DNA from: Tubulanus polymorphus
Lineage: Eukaryota > Animalia > Nemertea
Length of the DNA stretch: 64,000 bases
Assembly: GCF_964204645.1 (NCBI RefSeq)
Contig: NC_134028.1
Span: 2,852,001 to 2,916,000 of the forward strand
Direction of reading: 5' to 3'
Below, one piece after another: positions 51,401 to 60,867 of the stretch (within the stretch, counting starts at the first letter, position 1; each line of letters begins with the position of its first letter). Below the pieces are notes generated by a model, which saw only the letters and a program-made list of their open reading frames with translations, had not been told where the DNA came from and ran no database searches. The position numbers were made by a program, and so were the translations under genes.

Positions 51401-54400
51401 TTGCGATAAATTGTGCAACAAACAGCACAAATCGAAAGGGTGTTTGAAACGCACACCAGAATAATTGCACAATATATTTAACAGAGTTCACTGAATGACA
51501 TCTCAAAACATCACAACAATACTGCCAGTACTTTCACTCGTGTACAATACACACTAGAACAAAATGTATCTGAAAAACAGACACTCAGCAATACACAATG
51601 TACGGACACATGTGTAATGGACTGCACTGCAGCAGCGGTACCACACAATAGAACAGCGTCATAACAGGTGCGAGTTTGTTAGGGATGAAAGAACAAACCT
51701 CGATGAACTCCTCAACCATGTAATACAGTATATACAGACAAAATATACACTCGCAAACAAACACGAAACTATCCGTATTCGTATTATAACGAATCAGTTT
51801 CACAGTACGAAATACGGATGACGTAATCGCCCCACCTGTCGATGGGAACTCCATTACTAGTCTGAAATGGGCGGCGATGCGAGAGAAAAAGAGAATAGAA
51901 AAAAATATTTGATTAGATCGCGCGATTTATATGTATATTATGCGATGACCGATCGACTACAGTTTTGAACCTGAAACACTGGGAAAATAGAGTCCTACAC
52001 CGGAGAGACATTGACCCTGCGAAAATTTTGAGACTCACAGACCCTGCGAAAACCTCAGGGAGTTCGTTTCTATCAAATACTAGATATGGCATACGTCATG
52101 GTGTCAGAAATAAACAAAGGCAATAACTAAGATACAGTAAAATCCCATGATACAAAATGAGTCCCAATCGTTTCCTTGAGCTAGAAGTTTTTCTTCTATT
52201 TCATCTTGATAGTCATCTTCAGAAATACTAATATGGATAATCAAGGTATAATCGAAACGTTGAAAATAAACTACTAGCTTTTCAGACTAGTCGTTCTTTT
52301 TGTATTGCGAGATTCTACTGTATATCATTTCAACATGGTAATAACTAAGGTTATTGTGTAGGGTTCATCATTTTTCCAGTTTAGCAACATCTACTGAAGT
52401 CGCGTGATCAGTCATGCATAATACACTGAAAACTGACCTCGATAATTTCCTCAATCGAGTAGTAGATTATAAACAGAACGAAGATACATTCACAAACGAG
52501 GACAAAGTGGTCCAACGCGGTCGCGTAACGGATCAGTTTCACCGTGCGGAACACAGATGAGGTGATAGCGCCACCTGTTGCCGGGAATTCAAAAACCAAC
52601 CTGTAATTACATCAACAACAACGTGCTCATACAGAAACACACATAACATACACAGAAATGTTTTTTCTCGCAATTAGTAAAAGAAAAACATAAGCCGCGA
52701 TCACACGGGGAAAATCTTTCCCAGGTCAAACCGGCACGGACCAGACCTCAATTCAAATTTGCCCGTGCCTAATTAGCGAGTGCGTTCACACATAAATCAC
52801 TCACTTGTTTCAAAAAAATGCAGTGGCAAGTGAGGTGAGTTACATCCAGAACAAACTACCGGTAGAGCTTTCATACAAAATCATTTGACCCGTGCTAAAA
52901 TTTGGCGCCGACGTGGTCACACATATTTGATCAGGCCAAATTTCAAACAGGCACTGATGTGAACTGGCACTTGTCACAAAACTCTAGTGGGATCGCAGCT
53001 ATGATATAAGACAGTACACTGCAACATAGTGCAAGGTAAAATCAGTGTATTATGCATAGAAATTACATACAATATGAAGAATGACATTTTAATAAAATTT
53101 GACGACTGAGATCAAAACAATGATGCTAGCTCGATTAAGTAGAGATAATTGGATATCTTTTTAATTCTAAGTATTTGATCAAATTTCAATTCTCTACTTC
53201 TATGCAAATACCAATGAATTTAAAAGTTTCATAACACAGCTGCATCAACATACCTCACTACGCAGAATAGATTGATATTAGCATTGTAAACGGTAAAATC
53301 AATGAACACTACTCTCGTGCCTCTGTCCAACCACAGGTTATCTTTCAAAGCTCTGATTATTTCCGTAGATTCGGCTTTGGTCAGTTTCAGATCCTGCACG
53401 TAGCCACCCCCGCCGTACGATGTTATCTGACCCATGTGATTCGAACCGTCCAGGGCCGCCGAAGTCTGATAGCGCCACCTAGAAACGATAGCAGGAATGC
53501 GAATAGGCACATCTCGATACAAATTTTTATCAAAAGATTTTTCCTGGAAATAATTAAAGAGCTCTCATTATTATATTAACAGCTGCACTGAAAAACATTG
53601 ACTTGAGTAATTTCTAGACAATTGATCATACAAACTGCTCGCCCACAAGAACAGCAAACAGACGTGAATTCAACAACTATTCAGAGCTGTTAAACATCGA
53701 TTCTGGCAGGAGCTCTGGTAGAGTGCTATAGGCCATTCACCTGGAGCCGGTTCCACAGTCGTGTAGATGCTAGACTTAGTTAGAGAGTTGGAGTTGACTC
53801 ATTCGATATGAACTCCAAATCCACTCCAACTCATTGTGGTTAAGGATCCAGATCCAAATTTGTGATTTTATTCGGCGGTAATTCATTGAAAATGAACTGT
53901 TTTTAACTCAGGGAGAGTAAACTCTTACAACTGTGGAACTGAATCCTGAACATTTATAGTCTGTTAAGGAGAGGGGGGATATGATTTATTCCTCCCATTT
54001 CCGTAGTGAACGCGATCCTAGAATCAAGGTTATTTCAACCTCCCCGGCAGGGATTCGAACCTGATGGCATCGAGATTACCACGGCATGAAACCCTGCCAT
54101 AATCGACCGTGTGCGCAGATACATGCGCAGTTCAGATGATGTGATTTTTAGCCAATCAGAAATCCCGTTTTATTTTAGCCCGGGTTTTCCCATTTATAGT
54201 TCTTCCTTGAAATTTGCCTCAACGATTATACAACGAGCAATCTGATTGGTGCCGCCAGTTTTCGTTCGGAAAGCTGCGCATGTACCTGTGCACCCGGTCT
54301 ACTGATGCAGGGGTTCGTGCCGTGGCTGAGTGTAGCGATGCCATCAGGTTCGAGTCCCTGCAGAGGGAGGATGGGTTATTTCTCGCTGAAACTTACGCGG

Positions 54401-54889
54401 TGCTCGTGTTGTATTTCTCAAACGGCCCGAATGGAGACTTATCTTCAATGGTTTCCGCGTACGATTCGTAGCATTGTTTGATTTCGTCGGCGAAGTCAGC
54501 GTGAACGATGCACGAATTGTTGCGTACTTTCAGTTGTCGTAGACGCGGAACTCCGAGCAGTTTGTTCTCGTAGTAGATATAATGCAGTTCGTCAGCGCTC
54601 AGGTTTTTACCGTTATACCAATTTTCCCAGTATAGTCCATCGAGGAGTGGTCCTTCAGCGAACTGCAAATAGGTACAAATTGCTTTTTAATGTACAGTTA
54701 AAATCAGGAAAAAATGTTTTTATTTCACCCGATAAGAGCCGCAATAAGCATTTCATAACCAAATATGATAAGTCCCTTCCCACCGGTGCCAAATGGGTAC
54801 AATTAAGCGTCCTGGCTTTTTCAGTGACCACCTCAGTCGGAGAATTAGCGCTTTGAACTTTTTTATGGAAAGGCGCTATAGAAAAACTG

Positions 54890-54942
<53 letters not shown>

Positions 54943-57900
54943 CATTACATGTATGTTTCACACAGATCAAATCTGGTCCAATCAAAATCTGCAGACCAGG
55001 CCTGTGTCAAATTTCAGCACAGGTCAGATTACTGCATGTGAATGCTAACTGATTATTGAAGACCTCACTTGCCACAGCATTGTTCATCATCGAGTGAGTA
55101 GATTTCGCGTGAACGCACTTTCTAATTAAGCGTAGGTCAAATTTGACTCAAAATGACCAAACTTTGGTTCATCTAAATCTATTTTTTTAAGATAATTTTT
55201 GGTAGTTCTTACCCTCCAGAAGTCGGCCATCGTGTTGGAGCCGCGGAATGTGTTTTTTGTGTCGTTAAATTGAGAATCGAGGAACAGTTCACTCATCACT
55301 TTAGTGTAGTAATACATCGTAGTACTCGTCATACAAAACGACACTAAAATAAAAACAACGAATAAAGCAAAATATCAATAACATTATACAACAGCCACAC
55401 TCAGCCGTGGAGAAGTCAAAACCCTACTATATACTGATTATCAAGATTAAAATTCGAAATTTCTCAAAGACAAATTAAAATGAAATTGGACAGGATGTTT
55501 ACCATTATTTACTGACAGAACTTTTTTGAACTCACTGAAACGACAAACTGATGAACGAATGCCGCTAATTGCAGCACCATACGTCAAGAATATTCACTAC
55601 AAGTGAAAGACTGGTCGGAATGGTCCCCACTTAATTGATGATGATCATCATTATCATCATAATCATCATCATGATTCATTTTCACGCTCAAAGATTTTCT
55701 CTAGAGAGAATCCAAAACTTCTTCGTCAACTTATTTTACTAATGGCATATTAAGAATATATTATCATCAGAGATAGTGGGTGACTTTTTTCAGGAATTCT
55801 TTCATTATTTCAATCACTATTGCAAGCGTTTAATTTGTTCAAATTGCAGCCTTCAATATTATTTTTACCAGCCACAAATTTTCAAAATAGCTTTTATGGA
55901 TTAAATCAATTGAACGTGCGATGGTGCCAATCATCGTAAAACAATTTCATATACTGCGCATAAATAAAAAGTGAAAATTTCAGATCGGAAATCTCGTGCT
56001 GGTTGTTTTACTGATAATTTGATAGTGAATGCTTATTGACATACAATACAACAGAACCTGCGCAGGTTCCATTAACGTCTAGTTCACTACCCAACGCTGG
56101 TTCGTTGCCATGGTGAAATAAGATGCTTACTACCGGTTATCAATAATTGATGAAGTGAATTCTCGATAGCACGCCTCACAGGATACGCGCGCGCGCATAT
56201 ATATATACAAAATTTACTATTCAAAATTCGAAATTATTCCGAAATAGGCTTTAGGGCTAGATGTTTTTCTTTGAATTTTAATAAGTTTTACAAAACTTCT
56301 GTCAATGTTACATATACATGTAAATACATCTTCACGTGATACACGCGTCATCAAAAACATTTTCACAAATATTTCTGGAAAATCTTTTACATCCATACTT
56401 TTTTCACGTCATTTCTTAACTACTAAAAAAGCTGCTGTCAGTCTGTGGGCCATTTCATCTATTGATATATTCCCTCTTCAGGGAAGCATTTCGTAAAGTG
56501 CTCTGAGCAGCTTGCTGGATTTAGCACTTTATAAGCCGCATTATAATTATGCACAATGATATAAGCAGATGATGAAAATGTCAATTTGTGAAGAAAAAAA
56601 AATCTCTATTCTTATTTTGAATCGACCGTAAATATAATCTCCGCTCTTTTTTAAATCTTCAGTTTCATCATCAGTTAATTCCTCAATATTGATTATGCTA
56701 TTCAACGACATCAGGTTTTATCGAGGTTTCTATAGTGACGACCGTTTCATGTTGTCATTACGGGAGAAATCGCACGGAATCGTCGTCGCTCCTAAACAGG
56801 ACAATCTCTCCGCACGAACAGTTTAAAACCGCCAATATTGTTTTGACAAACTTTATCATATTTGCTAATATATAAAATCTAACACAATATATTTTCCAAA
56901 ACGATATTTTTTCCACAATTTTTCCCACAATAGCTGTGTCTCTTTGGAACAATATCGATCATACTCTCCGTCTCACACTATTTTTCATTAATCAGAATTG
57001 TGCAATTTTTTTGAAATTTCTCATCTGAAATATATTCAAGCACGTTTCAAAATTCAATTAGATAACAACTACAGATTCTGTGATTACATGACATAATAGA
57101 AATAGCATCTGCAACCAACACAAATGTTCATTTTAACAATGTAAATATCATCGATCAAAGACAGTTTATCTAATGAAAAGCAAATCAGCCCTTATAACAG
57201 GCCTTTAGGCTTATCCAGAAAGTGCCAAAAATTGTTATAGACTGAATCAAAGGGAAAACTGTGACAAGGAAAATATACTTACGAATTCCCAGGATGATCA
57301 AAAATATCAGATAAACGATTAACTCTCGCAATGTTGTCTTGACGTGCAGTTCTCTGTCCTGAGAGGTTTCTTCAGTCTGTCGTGTCGCCCATAACGCTGT
57401 AAAATAGAAAAAATGTTTCGGAATCAGCAAAATGATATCTTAAAACTCAACAATCAGCAGGTCTATACGAGGTTTTATGATTGTCTTTTATGAAAATGGA
57501 CCCAGTTGATGAAATATACCCTAGTCAATATGGTTTTTCTGTTGATGTTGAAGACCATGAACTAAAAAAAACTCTGACAAGACATTTGCGTAGATTTCAT
57601 CCATATCATTTATCAGTAAACATCAATCTAATCAGGTAGCAATTCAATCTGATAGGATCAAGGTCATTAAGATGAAGTTTCACATTCTAAATTGAAGCTA
57701 TGTTTTGAAAAACATTCTTTTGACTGAAACTCTAAATATCATTAATTTTCTCATAAAAATCAATCTTCTAGAAACATTTAAGATGCGTGCGTGTGCATTC
57801 CAACGCACAAAATCTTTTTCTTACGTCAAACGCCGGTTGCCATGACACGTAATCTATTATTGACAACTCGGACGAAAGCGGAACGTGCCACAATTCATCA

Positions 57901-58808
57901 GTGACACGGATAGAAGAGAAACACGACGCAGTAATTCCATGAATTATTTAATTTTCAATTAAATGCTATGCTACCTCATCAATTTTTCAAGTTAACAACC
58001 GTCAAGAGGCTAGTAACACCTGATGAATCTGAAGATTTTATATTCCAGAATTAGGGACCGATAAGATTTATCAATTCCCAATAATACCTTAGGCCTATAT
58101 CAGATTGAAGAATTTCAACTTCCTAAATGCTCAGTAATTTTCTATTTTGGAGGCCTAGGTGTTTATATCTTACGGAGTCTTCCCTTTTTGTCCCTTCCCC
58201 ATATTTTCACCCCTACCCATTTTTTCGATCATGCCCCTTTCCCACTGGGCCCTTTCTTTGTTTTTGATATTTTTTTCCGGTTATTTTCATTATTTGTTTC
58301 TTTCTATTGCCTTCATAAATACTATCAGTACACCCACTGAAATTTCTCTTTTCAAATACGCGTAAAACTTTCGAAACCAAAATCGAAAATTGAAATTCTG
58401 TTTAACCTTTGAAACAAGAAAGTGAGGAATAAGCAGATAAGTCAGAAAAATAGAATCAGCTTCAAAGTTAAATAAAGAATATTACATATCGTGATACTTA
58501 CAACGCAGGCCTCTTTTGAACTTGTACCAGCAGCCGTGAGGTTCTTCTACAACTACCTGTTGATCGGTCGGACCATCCATAACGCGAACGGCCCCATCGA
58601 CGTACATTTCACTTTCCATCGCCGCCGGTTGGTCATCGTACCGCGCCCCGGGATTATCGATACCATCGTCGCTCCACGCGTGACGCGATTGGGCACTGCT
58701 CGGGCGCTGTAGTCGATTCCGCGTGATGCTCCCAGTCGAGCCCATACGATCCATCTCTAGTGAATCGTTCGCCGACAGTCGCTGTGAACTCGTCGGGCGA
58801 CTACTCAT
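42428..58808 (-). CDS. PKD2: Polycystin-2 (TRPP channel), 14 coding exons per transcript, about 887 aa
   Basis: Exons joined in frame with GT-AG ends: 58808-58502, 57396-57283, 55343-55213, 54662-54397, 53478-53254, [52600-52438 or 51861-51699], 51171-50935, 50801-50620, 50121-49902, 45359-45226, 44904-44787, 44449-44120, 43795-43589, probable last exon 42457-42428 (DERMNTTNV*). Hallmark motifs: [45 protein letters not shown], pore [26 protein letters not shown]-hand [14 protein letters not shown], coiled coil [20 protein letters not shown]. The last exon is the least certain. Confidence 0.96.
44938..45163. mobile_element. Degenerate TIR element (hAT-like ends), with a relative at about 50161-50406
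   Basis: CAGGGTGGCCACT...AGTGGCCACCATG ends and internal TTCCCTGA motifs; no clear target duplication. Confidence 0.55.
45667..45978 (-). CDS. Intronless 103-aa predicted coiled-coil protein of unknown function, nested in PKD2 intron 9 (copy 1)
   Basis: AAAATGTC start context; helical periodicity; acidic tail; TATAAAA at 46084-46078, 31 nt upstream of a TCATTC initiator-like motif; CCAAT at about 46122; frame conserved with copy 2. Confidence 0.8.
   Translation of the reverse strand: MSSTAVQEFLALDKKFRAACQKVNVIDQKLRHLDVQFERACADNTRAFMHNRRLQMATLEGVRKMYYMYAKKQAERMDELREICIAEMTDTEDDEEHFEVDSM
48075..48371 (-). CDS. Paralogous 98-aa nested protein (copy 2); TATA box altered, C-terminus changed by an indel
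   Basis: 64 of the first 93 residues identical to copy 1, including [11 protein letters not shown]; AATAAA on the minus strand at about 47915-47920; additional in-frame upstream ATG at 48446. Confidence 0.72.
   Translation of the reverse strand: MSSPAVQEFYVVNKKFQLAYQKVTVIDQRLRHLDVQIERAYADDSRALIHNRQSQIATLEGVRKMYYLYVKKLGDRMEELRDICTAEMTNTRDEAQSS
51699..51861 (-). CDS. PKD2: PKD2 alternative exon 6b, paralogous to 6a
   Basis: 163 nt, strong polypyrimidine tract, tttcag|...|gtttgt, same phases as 6a; encodes [54 protein letters not shown]; no stops. Confidence 0.92.
52438..52600 (-). CDS. PKD2: PKD2 alternative exon 6a (end of TOP domain + S2 helix)
   Basis: 163 nt, ttacag|...|gtcagt, phase 2 in / phase 0 out; encodes [54 protein letters not shown]. 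Confidence 0.93.
53744..53946. mobile_element. Degenerate Harbinger-like MITE, related to about 21383-21489
   Basis: Ends GAGCCGGTTCCACAG...CTGTGGAACTGAATC with CTG/CTG flanks; similar GGTTCCA/TGGAACC ends and TAGACTTA block at 21.4 kb. Confidence 0.6.
54036..54373. mobile_element. 338-bp foldback element with 8-bp target duplication and tRNA-like B-boxes in both arms
   Basis: GGTTATTT at 54028-54035 and 54374-54381; arms CAGGGATTCGAACCTGATGGCATCG / CGATGCCATCAGGTTCGAGTCCCTG, ACATGCGCAG / CTGCGCATGT, CCAATCAGA / TCTGATTGG. Confidence 0.85.
54890..54942. repeat. (ATT)n microsatellite
   Basis: Directly visible in PKD2 intron 3. Confidence 0.98.
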
Positions 58809-59420
58809 TATTGTCTCTGACAATCAGATTTAGTTTACTAATCCTTATTACGACTTCACCAATAACAGTTGACAGAGAGGAAAATGTATGAATCGGTGCT
58901 TTTTTACTGATTTACTCCTTAAATTCCAAATTATTGTTTCACTCCTCGGTCGGTGTAGTAGTAGAAACAATTATCACTGACACTGGTCGGTGCGCTAGAA
59001 TTATTGTGGTTTACGCGTTTGGCTCGTCAGCTGTACTGTTTCATCGATCGATGAAACGCGTTCACTTTCCTCCGATAGAGTGGCGTTCTGCTTCGCTTCA
59101 CTTCGCAGAATTCACTTCCTGGTTCAGTTAACATGGTTTAGTTACAGTCGGGAAAAGTATGGTGACGTCAGAGTTATTGGGCTATCCCGATAGACTGGTT
59201 TCCGCGCTACCTGTCGAGCCCCTGCGTGGTGCATTGGTTTCCAGTAGATAAAATCCAAAATCCGCATGGAAATTAATATTTTGGGGTGAATAGATGTGAA
59301 ATGTCATTAAATGTTTCATTCGTGAAAACAAAAAGTTAAATATTTCAAATTTGTTCAGAATTCGGTCTATCTATTTTGGCGTCACTTGCTATCCATACGA
59401 CTTTTGGCGATCGCGAATTA
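58809..59420. promoter_or_regulatory. Divergent promoter region between PKD2 (-) and the SLC16 gene (+)
   Basis: CpG-rich stretch with ACTTCCTG (ETS-like, about 59114) and GTGACGTCA (CRE, about 59162). The SLC16 coding exon is preceded by an acceptor tttttcag| at about 60512, implying an upstream non-coding exon here. TSSs not located. Confidence 0.5.
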
Positions 59421-60867
59421 AAAAGCTACTCGTTGTTTTTCTGTCAGCTGATAACTGTTTGACAGGTCACAGCCAGTGCTACATTTCAAGAGCGTTTGCT
59501 TCAGTCTAAAGTTGCGCTTTACTTTTAACAGAATATTCATTGCGAATGGCATGATATGAGGTAGGCCTTGATAGCATATAACCGCATATATTGCATGCAT
59601 TTGAATTGCAGTGAGGAGTCAGAAGATCGAATCCAAGATTTTGAAAAATGAAGGTGAAGATTTTCGAAGTACAGAATGGATTCCATATTCCATAATATGC
59701 GGGTTTGATATATTTACTTCTAGTGGGAACAGAAACAGGCTCATTTTAGTTGAAGAAGATGCAAATTTGACCTGTTGACTTTGATGTAAATTGACATGCC
59801 AATGCATGATTAGAACTTGTGCTTCTTCAAGCTCAGTCAGTTTTCTACAGTAAAATCACGAAGCCTTTTTACGGTGGCACAGCCAGAACTTCTATAAGTC
59901 ATACTACAAACTTGTGCAGTTATCTAATAGGATCAACACATTTTCATTACTCAAGCAGATAGCTTAGATTTACCCAGAATTGTAGCCTTTATCTGGTGTT
60001 TATGTTAGGCTATCTGTAGTTCTATCCATTCTAGTGAACTTAAAACTATTAAACATTGATCGTAAACATTAAGGTATGGTTTGATTGAAATATTCATGTT
60101 CTGGAATTTCAATTGACAGCGTTCAATTTATTAAACTATTTAATCGGGCATGTTAGTTTGATGTAGGCCTATGGAGTTTTTACTATAGGCCTATACTGTT
60201 GATTAAGCGATTGTTTAGACTAAATCGTTTTCATATAACGAAGGATTATTTCGTACTTGTAAATAGACAGATGTTTGCATAGATTATTTTATGTAACTGA
60301 AGTCAGCTGTGAACTGTCTAAATTCCTCATTCTAGTTTAAGCTACTTACAGAATATTATGCTTCGATGTATTATTCATGCATTTCTATACTTAACTATTC
60401 TGTTAAATCTTAACCCGGTAGATGCCACCGGTTACAAATGGTTGGTTTAGGAATCCTCACCAATCGGAGCCAATCTTTGCCTTGACAGATTTTTTATGAT
60501 TTAATTTTTCAGGTTCCACCAGCAGAGTTCACTTGAAGCAGCAGCAGCAGCAGCGAGGTTATCGCCGCATTGTTTTCAGTTGGGTACTATGCCAGCCAGA
60601 TATACGATACACCGATCCATGCATAAACAGTCGACATTATATGCAAATATACCGTTCTGTAGTGATTATTTAATGACACAAAAAGTGACTACCAAGTGTT
60701 CGTTAATACGAGAAAACTCTGAGGATTTAAATCACCAAATAACGCTCTTTTCATTCTAATTAGTCAATGTCGTCAGTTTGAATTCAATTCGGGTCATATC
60801 CAAAATTCTAAAATATTAAATTTCCGAATCTTGCCACTGGAGATACAAAGTTTGTTGATTCATCGGA

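Noticed and set aside
51542-51596. GUGUAUUG motifs downstream of exon 6b as a fourth pairing element
   Set aside because: Only 7-9 bp complementarity to elements A/C; not distinguishable from chance without conservation data
54036-54373. tRNA gene
   Set aside because: Only T-arm/B-box and A-box-like parts; no anticodon arm or acceptor stem; embedded in a TSD-flanked inverted repeat
54655-55041. Poly-I / poly-Y ORFs
   Set aside because: Translations of (ATT)n in a PKD2 intron
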